This document shows, in pieces, positions 1-10,916 of a stretch of DNA of 64,000 bases. A model generated the notes under the pieces. The model saw only the letters and a list, made by a program, of their open reading frames with translations, ran no database searches and was not told where the DNA came from. A program made the position numbers and the translations under genes. The DNA lies in the IMG/VR virus record IMGVR_UViG_3300011115_001056, positions 68,564 through 132,563 of that record. The stretch is one strand, 5' to 3'. Source of the stretch: a virus. The first letter of the stretch is position 1; each line of letters opens with the position of its first letter.

Positions 1-3000
1 CCAGGAAGTGGACTCGCAGTAGACTATAGTAGCGGCAATATATTTGTAGATTATGTTCATCTAAATGATGAGATAATTGTTTACTATGAGTACGGTGATA
101 ATGAAATAGATTGGAGCATAAATAATTCTATATCAGAAGGCCAGTCTTATTTTGTTACATACAAATATGGTGCATTAAGAAGCGCACTTAAGAGAAATTT
201 TGGAAGACTTACTTCTATTCCATTCTTTAACAATCAATCCCTCTCTATTGATAGGGAGCTATATAGAGATGCTGTTGCTGGAGTTCTTTCTGCATTTCCA
301 AAAGGACCAACTATTCCTGCAATCTCTGGACTAGTTAAGAGTGTAGTTAAAACTAATCCAGAAATAAATGAGCTTACCTTTGGATCTTGGATATTAGGAA
401 GAGATTATCTTTCTCCAGAATCGGTTTCATACAAAGGTAGTCTTGAGTTTTTGGATGGTAGATTTGGATCTGGATTAAGGATAAATAAAGACAACGTAAT
501 ATCGATTCCATCCGTCTCAAACCTATCACTCGATGAAGGTACTGTTGAGATGTGGGTTACTCCAGACTGGTACGGAGTTAATAACGACGCCGACTTAACA
601 TTCTCATTTACCAACATTGGTAATGCAAAGTGGTTCTATATTGGTGGAGATCCATTCTCAAGCAAGTCGGGCTACGATGTTGTTGGCTCTTGGGATACTA
701 ATGATGCCAGACATGGCTTTGACTTTAGTGGAAATAAGCTTAGAATCTATAAAGTATCCTCAGAGCAAGATGGATATGTTACTAGCGATTACAATGCATT
801 ATTTGGAGTATATAAAAAAGAACTATCCCTAAATAGAGAAACTTCTATTTTACAAACATCAGAATTTTTAATAAATTATTCATATCTTCCAAGAAATAGT
901 TCTTCTTTTTCTGAACTTGTAACATCAGGATCTTATAGGGCTGCTGGCCTGGTTATTGATAATGATCACAAGACTATGTTTGTTAAAGTTGCAGGCTCTA
1001 CATACAAAGATGCCGGTTTAACAAAGCTCTTTTTGGTGGAATCAGAAACCTCTGATTCACTTCTTGATTTTGGACCTCCTTATCCTACGGCCAGTTGCAA
1101 ATGCTCCTTTCCTTCCCAGATTGGTGTTTTGGAAAATTTTGATAAATTAGAAATAAAGATCACTTTTAATGATTATCTCTTAAAGTCAGATCTTTTTAGC
1201 GAAAATTTCTGGGGAAGTGAATCTCCAGGATCACTCATAATTGTCGATGAGAAGGGAAGATTCTTCCAGGTATCAGGTTTGGGTGATCTTTATGGCAAGA
1301 GATACACCTCATCTATACCAGATATTATTTCTGAAATATATTTATCAAGATATCCAATTAATTATCCAGAATTAACTGGAAAAGATTATAACTCAATAAA
1401 CGATATCTCTTTTTCTCAGTTTATAATTGTAAAAAAACAAATAAGCTTAGAATTAAAAGAAGATCAGAAGAGTTCCTTATTCTATTCTAATGACTATATT
1501 TGGAATTTCAACTGGGACAATAAGATAAAAGTTATTTCTTCAATTAATCCAATAACTAACCAGGCTAGTATAGGAAGCGGCCTATTTACCAGTCCATTCT
1601 TCTATACCGATCTTCCGGATAGTAACCTATATTCTATAGTTGGTGATACAGTAACTTCCAAGTCTACCGCAATTGGCGTATTTGGAATATCATCAATGAA
1701 TATTTTTAAAAACTTAATTGATGTTAAATATAAATTTAATTATAATGATATTTGGATAGGAAGTGCTGGAGTACATCCAAATTCTAATATCTTTACTTTG
1801 AATAGATTTGATTCAAAGATAGATTCTAATGGAATTTCTTATAAATTTGATACACAAGACGGAATTTATATTGGATATGATAGCGAGTGTCTTTCTCCAA
1901 TAAATAATAATATTGGACAATGGGTATTACGCGCAAGATTCTTAAAGTATAGTCAACTACCATATGATGTTGAGATTTCTGACTCTGGTGCAGAAAACCT
2001 GATGGAATATGTTTCTATTGACTCTCCTGTAATAGGGAGAATCACTAGCAGCGGTGCATTCTCCTCCATCACCAAGGGAAGACGGACTATATCTGATTCC
2101 TGCAAAGATACCGCAACTTGCTCTAAGCATTTTCGATTCTTAGGAAACAAGCTGCTAGACTTTGACGGCTGGTCATTAATGCAAGAGTCAGAATCTGAAT
2201 TTATAGATATTATTCATGGCGGAAGAGAAGCGGAGTCTTTCTCATGGAGAAGGCTTGGTGAATTTCAGACTGAAAATTCTTCCGGCATCTATAGAGTAAG
2301 CTCATTCACCTCTCTTGATAACCCCGAGGATTATTTCTCATCTTCTGCAGGATTAACAGTTCAAAATTCATGTAATCTTGGAAATATAGAGCTTGTCGTT
2401 AGTGCAAAAATTGTTTCCATAGATTCTGGAGTTTACTCCCTATCTAATAATGGTGTAATTCTATCGTCTGGTATCACTATTGCTGAAATTAACTCTGGAG
2501 ATTATGATCTTGGAATAACACTGGATGTGGATGTTAGTTTAAACGGACTCGTCTCCATCTATAATTTTGCAAATGGTCAAACTGTCTCTTCTGAGTCATT
2601 TAATTGGAATGATTCATTATTTCACAAATATACTCTATTAATCGATAGGGAAAACTCTATAGTTACTCTTTATATTGACAACGTTGTGGTTAGTCAAAAA
2701 GATCTATCTTCTATTGCAACTTATTCTGCGGATGAATGCTCTTTTAATTCTAGTCCCAGTTTTTCCACAATATTTGTCGATCAAAGATTAATCTCTTCTG
2801 AGAATTATATTACAGCGCTGTCCTCACCAATAATAGACCTAAACCTTGTTGAGTCTAATTCAAATTATAACCCCGGAATAATCAAGCTTGAAGATTCTGA
2901 TATCTTTATTGTCTCAAACTCTTCTGCCACATTTGAGTTGCATCCAAATCCAAACGAATTTGATCAAATAGACATTGATGGCTACATTACAGAGTCAGAT

Positions 3001-6000
3001 GTTGATGAAATTATGATCACTTCTGACAATGAGAGATATCTTCTTGACTCCGGATTGTCAGAAGATAATTCAAGATTCTCTATTTTTAAGGATGGAAAAG
3101 GATTTCTTAACTTTAGAATAATAGATGGTAACAAAAAAGATCCATCTATATACAACCTTGCTACAAATATTAAGAACTTTATCCCAGGGGAAAGACATCA
3201 TATTGCTGCCAGCTGGAAATTAAACTCCACCTTTGAAAAAGACGAAATGCACCTCTTTATTGATGGTCAAGAATCACCAAATCTATTTAAGTTTGGAGGA
3301 ACAGCCCCACTACGCTTTAACTCTAAATTCTCTGATATTAGCAAGGAAGTTCTTTGGAATTACCTAGAAAAGAAGATTATTTTCCCAGACGAAATTCAAG
3401 ACGGTGTAGTGGTAGGTGGAACAAATGTACTCAATTCATCTACACTGGTAATATCAAGTGATTTGATTGGAAGATCAATTATATTTGGAGACCTGAGTAG
3501 CATTCCAGGAAAAATGGTTATAGTGTTGGAAGTTGGATCTGGCTGGGTTGCAGTAGGTGATCCAATCACAACCGAGCCATATATTTTTCAAGGATCTGAG
3601 GTCGGTATGCCATTCTCCTTGGCTCCGTATTCCAATAATATTCTTACCGACCTGGAAAATGAAAGATTCTCTATATTTAGAACCTCTTGCGATGGGATTG
3701 AGGAGGAGTTTGGAGGTCTGGGATACTCGATTCAAGATGGGTCAATAATAATCTCGAATTATCCAGACTATGTTGGATATAGATATAACAAAATCTCTAA
3801 GCTTATAGAGTTTGTTAAAATAAATGAATCTTGTAGTTATGTTTCTTCAGCATCCAAAACAGATATAAATATTCATATCAAGACATATGGGTTGACTGGA
3901 AGACGCTTTAGAGATATCATGAGCTTGTCCGGTACGTCGTTATTTTCCGATGAAGGATCTGATCCTTTAGGAACTCCTAATTCTAGAGATGGTTATAGTC
4001 TAATTATGACGACTGGACCAAGACCTAGAAATCTTGCAGATGTTATTATCAAAAAATATCTATCTTACAATTACTCTATTCCCTCCGGTACGGTCACAGA
4101 TGGTGGAGGCGGGATCTTCATATCTGATTTTGAACTATCACTAACCGATGCTTTCACATCACTTCAGACTGTAAATATTTCCAAAAATAATGATGGAAGA
4201 TATTTAGAAATTCAATTTGACTCAGATAACATTAATTATGGTTCAACAAATACCATCGTAGTTCATGGCATAACTCCAGGTGGTCCATCAACAGAATCTA
4301 TTTTGGTTAATAAAAACGGATCTTTCTTTACTCAGGACAGATATCTTGAAGTTGAAAAGATTACCGGACAATTAGAAATAATAGACCCCGATTACGAGTT
4401 TGTATCAATTGTGAATGTTATTGAGGCAAATTCAATATTTACTCAAGATGGCTCTGGTGATTATGCTGAAATATATCGATTCTCAAATGGAACATTTGTC
4501 TTATCTGTAGCAGGAAGCACATCTTATTCTGCATTTGAGTTGCCTCCTGGTTACTATTTGATTGATTACTCTTCAACATTAAGAGTATCTATTCCAGAGT
4601 TAGGACACAAGCTATATATTGGTAACGATATAACAGAAAGAAAGTATCTTGCAGGTTCTGTAGATGAGTTTCAAATTCTAAATACCAAGCTTAGCGATCT
4701 GAGACCCTGGGAACCTTCAGCCTCTGGGGTAAGGACAATCACAGAAGATTTCTATAAACAAAATCCAGCCTGTATTACAAATTCTACTCTTGCCTTAATT
4801 GACTTTGAAAATCCAATTGAAAAGCAATCCAGAAGATTAAGAAATAAAAAGTTTTTAGATACAGATCGAAACTTTACTTATACCCTCTCATTACAAGATA
4901 GAGAGACACTCTTAGAGCATATAAATAATGAAGAAGTATTTGTCTCTTATATGATATTTCTAGGATATTCAGAAGAAACTGCGGAAGAAGTATTTTTTGA
5001 GTGCAGCAAAGCAGAATCTGGACCACTTTATAATTTGGCAAGTTATCTTCCAAAAATTGGAACTCAACAGATCTCGCCCAACTCAGTTAATTCTTCATTT
5101 GGACAGTCTGGCAGATTTGAAAATAGGGCTGGGTTAATACTCGGCAATAATAACAATACCTTAAGGAATGATTCTGGAACAGTAGAGTTTTGGTATCAGC
5201 CAAAACTTGATACATTTAATGATGGCGATACTAGAGTTCTTTTTGAATCCTCTTCTATTCTGGCGAATAGAGTTACATCAGTAACTCCATACTTAATTAA
5301 GTTAGCTACACCTGCCTCAAAGATACTTTCTATAAAGTTGATTTCATCTGGTAAGCTTAATAATGAGCAGTATTATTCTCAATCTGAAAAATCTCAAATA
5401 ATCTTTAATGAGATTACTACCGTAGAGTCAACTGGGCGATACTCCAGAGGAACCGGCACAGATAAGGACTTCTCCACAGGGGGCAGGCTTTCTCCAAACG
5501 GCTTAGAGGTAATCCTTGCCGATGGTCTTCCTGGGGCAATGATAGACGTAATAGTCACCTATATTCCTAAGCAATACTCTGGGGAAAAGATATCAATCTA
5601 TAAAGATCCCTTCTCTAGAATAATTGCAAGAGTTGAAAGCACTGACTATGCATATCTTATTCCCTGTGATGTATATTGGGTTGAAGAGTCTTGGCATAGA
5701 ATATCCTTATCCTACAACTTTAATGGCAACGTAAAGTTTATAAAAATGTTTATTGATGGTCAAGCAAATAATACAATTTATCAATATGATAAGACAGAAT
5801 TCCCAGAAGCTTTTGATTCTGCGAAAATTATTAGCAGTATTAATTTTACACTAAAAGAGCAGATGTCACAAATCATCATAGGAAATAACTCCGATCTTTC
5901 TCTTTCTGCTGCCGGCCTTATTGATAATCTAAGGATCTCTAGACAGGCTAGATCTTATCCTAGAGATTCTTCTGGAACCGAATATGATTTGAATTACTCT

Positions 6001-6282
6001 TCTAATACTGGCTTGGTATCTCCGGTAAAATCTGACGATCTAACTACATATATTCAGGACTTTGATTTTGAAGATATAGAAAGAAATATTCACTTAGCAA
6101 GCATAATTGATCCAAAGTATGGAATATTTGATTTTGAAGTTATCATAGGAGATGATTTCAATAGGGTGGTCGGTATTAATGGTGGAAGTATAGAGGATCT
6201 TATTGTTGATTTGATATCAAGAATTAAGCCGGCACATTCTAATGCTTATGTTAAATTTATCGAGAAGAAATGTAAAGAGTAA
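1..6282 (+). CDS. Giant baseplate wedge-like virion protein with LamG/concanavalin-like domains (5'-partial)
   Basis: Frame is open from base 1 (PGSGLAVDYSSG...), not only from 451. It has a baseplate gpI-like segment RELYRDAVAGVLSAFPKGPTIPAISGLV, a C-terminal IVDLISRIKPAHS motif, and LamG motifs GTVEMWV, HHIAASW, LFIDGQ, GTVEFWY, WHRISLSY and IDNLRIS. Confidence 0.7.
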   Translation, partial: PGSGLAVDYSSGNIFVDYVHLNDEIIVYYEYGDNEIDWSINNSISEGQSYFVTYKYGALRSALKRNFGRLTSIPFFNNQSLSIDRELYRDAVAGVLSAFPKGPTIPAISGLVKSVVKTNPEINELTFGSWILGRDYLSPESVSYKGSLEFLDGRFGSGLRINKDNVISIPSVSNLSLDEGTVEMWVTPDWYGVNNDADLTFSFTNIGNAKWFYIGGDPFSSKSGYDVVGSWDTNDARHGFDFSGNKLRIYKVSSEQDGYVTSDYNALFGVYKKELSLNRETSILQTSEFLINYSYLPRNSSSFSELVTSGSYRAAGLVIDNDHKTMFVKVAGSTYKDAGLTKLFLVESETSDSLLDFGPPYPTASCKCSFPSQIGVLENFDKLEIKITFNDYLLKSDLFSENFWGSESPGSLIIVDEKGRFFQVSGLGDLYGKRYTSSIPDIISEIYLSRYPINYPELTGKDYNSINDISFSQFIIVKKQISLELKEDQKSSLFYSNDYIWNFNWDNKIKVISSINPITNQASIGSGLFTSPFFYTDLPDSNLYSIVGDTVTSKSTAIGVFGISSMNIFKNLIDVKYKFNYNDIWIGSAGVHPNSNIFTLNRFDSKIDSNGISYKFDTQDGIYIGYDSECLSPINNNIGQWVLRARFLKYSQLPYDVEISDSGAENLMEYVSIDSPVIGRITSSGAFSSITKGRRTISDSCKDTATCSKHFRFLGNKLLDFDGWSLMQESESEFIDIIHGGREAESFSWRRLGEFQTENSSGIYRVSSFTSLDNPEDYFSSSAGLTVQNSCNLGNIELVVSAKIVSIDSGVYSLSNNGVILSSGITIAEINSGDYDLGITLDVDVSLNGLVSIYNFANGQTVSSESFNWNDSLFHKYTLLIDRENSIVTLYIDNVVVSQKDLSSIATYSADECSFNSSPSFSTIFVDQRLISSENYITALSSPIIDLNLVESNSNYNPGIIKLEDSDIFIVSNSSATFELHPNPNEFDQIDIDGYITESDVDEIMITSDNERYLLDSGLSEDNSRFSIFKDGKGFLNFRIIDGNKKDPSIYNLATNIKNFIPGERHHIAASWKLNSTFEKDEMHLFIDGQESPNLFKFGGTAPLRFNSKFSDISKEVLWNYLEKKIIFPDEIQDGVVVGGTNVLNSSTLVISSDLIGRSIIFGDLSSIPGKMVIVLEVGSGWVAVGDPITTEPYIFQGSEVGMPFSLAPYSNNILTDLENERFSIFRTSCDGIEEEFGGLGYSIQDGSIIISNYPDYVGYRYNKISKLIEFVKINESCSYVSSASKTDINIHIKTYGLTGRRFRDIMSLSGTSLFSDEGSDPLGTPNSRDGYSLIMTTGPRPRNLADVIIKKYLSYNYSIPSGTVTDGGGGIFISDFELSLTDAFTSLQTVNISKNNDGRYLEIQFDSDNINYGSTNTIVVHGITPGGPSTESILVNKNGSFFTQDRYLEVEKITGQLEIIDPDYEFVSIVNVIEANSIFTQDGSGDYAEIYRFSNGTFVLSVAGSTSYSAFELPPGYYLIDYSSTLRVSIPELGHKLYIGNDITERKYLAGSVDEFQILNTKLSDLRPWEPSASGVRTITEDFYKQNPACITNSTLALIDFENPIEKQSRRLRNKKFLDTDRNFTYTLSLQDRETLLEHINNEEVFVSYMIFLGYSEETAEEVFFECSKAESGPLYNLASYLPKIGTQQISPNSVNSSFGQSGRFENRAGLILGNNNNTLRNDSGTVEFWYQPKLDTFNDGDTRVLFESSSILANRVTSVTPYLIKLATPASKILSIKLISSGKLNNEQYYSQSEKSQIIFNEITTVESTGRYSRGTGTDKDFSTGGRLSPNGLEVILADGLPGAMIDVIVTYIPKQYSGEKISIYKDPFSRIIARVESTDYAYLIPCDVYWVEESWHRISLSYNFNGNVKFIKMFIDGQANNTIYQYDKTEFPEAFDSAKIISSINFTLKEQMSQIIIGNNSDLSLSAAGLIDNLRISRQARSYPRDSSGTEYDLNYSSNTGLVSPVKSDDLTTYIQDFDFEDIERNIHLASIIDPKYGIFDFEVIIGDDFNRVVGINGGSIEDLIVDLISRIKPAHSNAYVKFIEKKCKE

Positions 6283-6336
6283 GATATACTATTATATTTT
6301 TTAAAAATGCATAATAGTGCTTCTTAGGAGAAATTT

Positions 6337-9300
6337 ATGAAAAGCAGAGTTAGTTCCGTATTGCCAAAAGCAAATTTCTATGACGGACAGAAGGTTACTG
6401 AATCAGATCTTGATGCAGAGCAGCTTCATAATCAGTCTGTTACAAGCGGAATAATAAACGACTTTCATGGTAGCGGGATAGTTAGAGATTCTCTATTCGA
6501 ATCTAACATTCTTCTGAACACATCTTCTCCTGGAGTATATGCCAAAGAAGGAAGCCCAAATCTAACTAAAGAGACTATTGAGTTAGGGAGATACGATGGA
6601 ATTCCCATTAAACTTGATCTTCAACCATCAGACTTATCCTATGGTAATAGACTTGAGTTTGAATTAGCAAATGCAGATGTAGGAGGAAGAGTAGAGACAA
6701 AAGTTCTTATTGTGGGATTTTCTTTCAGTAGTCTTTCTTCTCGTGGGGAGCTTGTCAGCGAAGTACTTTCTTTTCAAAAAAATGAAGTATTGCTATCAAA
6801 GTATTATTACAAGGAAGTCCTTTCTATAATCTTTAACAATTTTTCTGGTGGAACCGGAAAAACAGAATATGAGTCTAGCAAGGATAGCTTAAATGTTATA
6901 GGTGCTAACTCTGGTTATTTGGCAGTTAGAGAAGCAGAATCATTAAAGGTCTTCCCAAAATCAACAGTTGCAGAGCAGATAGAATCTCCAAGCTCAGATT
7001 TTAATAACTTTATCACCGGAGATGTCGGAACTTCAATTGAAGCACTTCTTATGGAGGCGGTTGGAGATGATGTAAATTTTAGTGATTTATATTTCCAGCT
7101 AGCTCCAGCCTTAGTTGTTTCTTTTGAGAAGAACGGAAGTGTTACAAGATCTTTTGGACAAAAATTCCTCGCAAAAAGCAATAACCTTCAAAGAGTTGAT
7201 TTTCTACTCTCCATCACTGCTGATACCTCTCTTCCCGTGGATGAACAATATGACTTTTCTGGAGAACTGGTACTATCAGTACATAGCCTTCAAACTGAGA
7301 TAAGGTGTGCCACCGATCTTGTTCCAGACAGGCTGCTCGATTTTGATCCAGAACTAGATCCTATCATTGAGATTTCTTTTAGCCAATCTGATCTTGCAGA
7401 TCTTGGATACTCCTTAGATGGTGTTCCACAGTCCGTATCCTTCAATCTTGCCAGTACCCTGATTGCAGACCCAAACATAGATCCTGGAATTGTAGAGGGC
7501 CAATATTACGCAGTTATTCTTAGCAGAAGGGGTGATACCAGAGCTGGAACTATAAATCTCCAGGTTGGATGGGATAAGCCTACCAAGAAAGAATCAGATG
7601 GCCAACTCCTAACTCCAGAAGAAAGATTCCAAAAGCAAACCAGCAGATTCTTTGAGTTCGATCCTGCCACAAAACGCTATGTTGATTATTCCTCTTATTC
7701 CTTGTGGCACAAAATCCATGCAGATTGTGTTGAGATTACCACAGGTACCGCTTATTCAGATGATTCATTCCTAATTACCATTCCCAAAGCAGAAGGGTTT
7801 GTTGGTAGCACAGAGATTTCAAAATATGTTGATGGAATTTCTCTTTCTAACGTAGCCTTTGGATCCTCAAATTATGTTACCCTAACACATATTCAATCTT
7901 TCAGATCTCCAACCACCCATCCAAGAACTGGGAATCTAGCTTATACCAGAATCCTAGACACAGGAGAGATTGCGGTTTACAATGAATCAGATTTTGCATC
8001 TATAGCTGATTCTAATCCACTTATTCTTGCTAAGGTCGTAGATAGAAACGTAAGAAGCGCCTCAAAGATAACTCAAGCTGTTTCTCTCCCAGGAACTGTC
8101 AATAAAGATTATATTCTTGTAATTGAACCTTCCACAACTCTTCTAACTGATAACTTAGTAGGAAGAGTACTTACACCAGATGTATTTTGTGAATGTAATA
8201 AGAAATATAATATCATAAAGACCGAATGTCTTACATATTCAGTTGGCGATATAAATAACGATGGAAAGATTGATAACCTAGATATCTCTGAGATTGTAGT
8301 TATTCTTGGTAATACGATCAATTCTCTTGCCACACAAAGATCTATTCTTTCTGGAAATCTTGAGATAGTAAAATTTAAACAATCAGATCTAAATGGTGAT
8401 GAGACTGTCGATGGGACAGATCTTGAGATACTAGAAGATGCTGTCGATGGATATGTAAACTTCTCAATTCCAGAAAAATTTAAAGTACTAAAGATTCACC
8501 TTCAAAATACTTTTGAAGCTTCTGATTATCCCGTAATTCTTGATGATATTTTAATTACTGCTGCAACAACATCTATATCAAATGTTATCACCTTTACCAC
8601 CACCGACTATAGAACTGCTCTTGCAACTAGAGTTGGAGATGTAATTTCTCTATCTGGAATTTCAGATTCTGGATTATTCTTGATATCCTCAAAGGAGCTA
8701 GACTCATCAGGACTTCAGGTAACACTATCCGTTACCAATGATGATGTAACATCCCCATCCTTTGTAGGCGAAACTGGAATTTCATTCTCGATAACTAGCG
8801 GTACAGCAACAAACCTTCTTGCTGATAACTTAAATCTAGTTAAACTTCCATTCTCTAACTCAAGTATGGCAATAGACTTCATTGAAGCTCCATTTAAACA
8901 AGAGAATATTGAGGTTTGTGATCTCAGAAGATATGTTTCTCGTAATTTTATAGAAGAAAAGATAAAGAATGTTTGTATCTATACAGATGATTCTTGCGGA
9001 ACAGTCGTAGATTGCTCTCCAGTATTAAAGAATCAGCAGTATATCTCTGGAGACATGTACATCCCGGAAGGCGAAATTCTTTCTGCTCCAGGTATTCCCT
9101 ATCATGGAGATTTTGAATATACCACAGTATCTGTAGCTCTTCCACCTGGAAGCTTAGATGATTGCCAAATAGATCTTTATAATGCCTTCGTTAAGGCAGA
9201 ATCAGGATCCATAAACACTGCCGCAGGTTATCCTGGTATGAGGTATTCTGATGGTACTTATGTAGGATGCAATGATGAGTCTGAGATGAATGATATTCAG

Positions 9301-10893
9301 CGTGGCAGAGTTAAATTCTCCAGTGCCATTGCCAGTCTTCATGTTGACTCTCTTATTACCGGCCCAGTTACCGATGGCTATGTTCCAAGCCCAGATCAAA
9401 ATACTTCCATCACTTCTGCGAAGGATATTGTTACCGAGAATTTTGTTGATCAGACTTTCTCAGAATTCTCCGGCTGGACAATAGATGGTCTTACCGATAC
9501 CGGCATCTTCACCGCAACTTTCGGATCAAATCTAGATGTCTCCTTTTCAACACTATATGTAACTGGAGCAGGAAATGAAAGATATGGTCTTTATTATCCC
9601 ACATCTTTTACTGATCTTACCGGAGATCTTTTAATTGACTTCACTATGGCAAGATATCTTTGGCCAACCACTAGCACAGGCGGTGGTGTTTATTCTGTTG
9701 TTAAGTTTGACGTAACGAATGGTGACGGAACTACTGCGGAATTAAGATTAGGATGGAAGCAATACTCAATAGACTCTGTTAAACTATTCTGGTCTGGGAT
9801 CATTAAGGATTCTGGTAGCGCCGTAATAAGTTCTTTTGAATATTCAATAGAGGCACCAGATGCAGTAGGTGATGATCTTCTATTCAGAATTAGAAGAACT
9901 GATGATACTTTCTTTGCTTACTACATAAATCCAACTTCTATCTCTGAGTCTGTAGACTTTGGACAGTTTATCCGTATCGGTAGCAATCCATCCATGCAGC
10001 CTGGAAGTGGCTCTGTGGCGGTCTCCTTTGAGTCTAAGCAGGAGATCATGACACAGGCAGGGCTAGTCTACGAAGTCGTCCTAAAAGAGCTTGTAGCGCG
10101 AGATAGCTATTCTTCCGGGATGGCCTCCACAGGAAGCTTTGGTCTATCAAGAGTAGTCTCTACCAACGAGATTTCTAGAGCCGCAATTTCTCTTCCAATT
10201 GGAATTACACCAAGAACAAATATAGTCTCTGCCACTCTAAACTTTACTGCAGGCTCCGCAATTCTAAGCACTGATTCTTTCAATATAATTCCGATTCAAA
10301 TTACAAACGCTGACAACCTTGTTCCAGGATATAACTATCCATACATTCAGGATGTCTCGGTCTTAACTAATTTTATTCCTGGGGCACTCTCTACTGGGTC
10401 AACCTTCTCTGTAGATATCACCAACATAGTCATCAAATATCTCTCTGATCCCGGCTTTCTGCCCGGATATTATAAGGCCCTTGTAATAGAGCCAGACCTT
10501 GATGTTTCTGTTGATTCTTCCATAATTCTGTCAGGCTCAATAACCATGGATATTATCTACGAAGATATTACCACTGGTGTTATCTTTAAGATTGGAGTTA
10601 GCGTTGATTCATCCACCGGAATAGCCTCATTCAAGACAAAGAATATTCTTTATGATTCTTTAAATCCAGAAAATAGAACTGTCATTAAGTTTGGAGTTTA
10701 TCTTAAAAAGTCTGGCTTTAGAAATCAGGACATTAGCCTTGGAATAACTGAACTAAAGAAGGTAGGACTAGGATCATGTTATGATCCGAACCTGATAATC
10801 TCAGAAGCAGAGCAGTGTTACTTCGTCGTATCTACAACCGGAGTAGGAACATTTGTCGAGGGTCCATTTGATTGCGCCTTTAAGCTTCCATAA
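6337..10893 (+). CDS. Large baseplate/tail structural protein with an internal dockerin-like EF-hand pair
   Basis: 1518 aa with SD AGGAG. N-terminal NFYDGQKVTESDLDAEQ resembles baseplate/tail-fibre N-termini. Internal repeats GDINNDGKIDNLD and SDLNGDETVDGTD. Confidence 0.6.
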   Translation: MKSRVSSVLPKANFYDGQKVTESDLDAEQLHNQSVTSGIINDFHGSGIVRDSLFESNILLNTSSPGVYAKEGSPNLTKETIELGRYDGIPIKLDLQPSDLSYGNRLEFELANADVGGRVETKVLIVGFSFSSLSSRGELVSEVLSFQKNEVLLSKYYYKEVLSIIFNNFSGGTGKTEYESSKDSLNVIGANSGYLAVREAESLKVFPKSTVAEQIESPSSDFNNFITGDVGTSIEALLMEAVGDDVNFSDLYFQLAPALVVSFEKNGSVTRSFGQKFLAKSNNLQRVDFLLSITADTSLPVDEQYDFSGELVLSVHSLQTEIRCATDLVPDRLLDFDPELDPIIEISFSQSDLADLGYSLDGVPQSVSFNLASTLIADPNIDPGIVEGQYYAVILSRRGDTRAGTINLQVGWDKPTKKESDGQLLTPEERFQKQTSRFFEFDPATKRYVDYSSYSLWHKIHADCVEITTGTAYSDDSFLITIPKAEGFVGSTEISKYVDGISLSNVAFGSSNYVTLTHIQSFRSPTTHPRTGNLAYTRILDTGEIAVYNESDFASIADSNPLILAKVVDRNVRSASKITQAVSLPGTVNKDYILVIEPSTTLLTDNLVGRVLTPDVFCECNKKYNIIKTECLTYSVGDINNDGKIDNLDISEIVVILGNTINSLATQRSILSGNLEIVKFKQSDLNGDETVDGTDLEILEDAVDGYVNFSIPEKFKVLKIHLQNTFEASDYPVILDDILITAATTSISNVITFTTTDYRTALATRVGDVISLSGISDSGLFLISSKELDSSGLQVTLSVTNDDVTSPSFVGETGISFSITSGTATNLLADNLNLVKLPFSNSSMAIDFIEAPFKQENIEVCDLRRYVSRNFIEEKIKNVCIYTDDSCGTVVDCSPVLKNQQYISGDMYIPEGEILSAPGIPYHGDFEYTTVSVALPPGSLDDCQIDLYNAFVKAESGSINTAAGYPGMRYSDGTYVGCNDESEMNDIQRGRVKFSSAIASLHVDSLITGPVTDGYVPSPDQNTSITSAKDIVTENFVDQTFSEFSGWTIDGLTDTGIFTATFGSNLDVSFSTLYVTGAGNERYGLYYPTSFTDLTGDLLIDFTMARYLWPTTSTGGGVYSVVKFDVTNGDGTTAELRLGWKQYSIDSVKLFWSGIIKDSGSAVISSFEYSIEAPDAVGDDLLFRIRRTDDTFFAYYINPTSISESVDFGQFIRIGSNPSMQPGSGSVAVSFESKQEIMTQAGLVYEVVLKELVARDSYSSGMASTGSFGLSRVVSTNEISRAAISLPIGITPRTNIVSATLNFTAGSAILSTDSFNIIPIQITNADNLVPGYNYPYIQDVSVLTNFIPGALSTGSTFSVDITNIVIKYLSDPGFLPGYYKALVIEPDLDVSVDSSIILSGSITMDIIYEDITTGVIFKIGVSVDSSTGIASFKTKNILYDSLNPENRTVIKFGVYLKKSGFRNQDISLGITELKKVGLGSCYDPNLIISEAEQCYFVVSTTGVGTFVEGPFDCAFKLP

Positions 10894-10903
10894 TATATAA
10901 TAA

Positions 10904-10910
10904 GTATAAT
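10904..10910 (+). promoter_or_regulatory. -10-like box GTATAAT, 6 nt before an SD-less ATG (candidate leaderless promoter)
   Basis: The same geometry recurs at 15346, 48693 and 50883. Confidence 0.5.
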
Positions 10911-10916
10911 CTTTTC

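Noticed and set aside
451-453. Track start of the first giant ORF
   Set aside because: The frame is open back to base 1, so the gene is truncated by the window.
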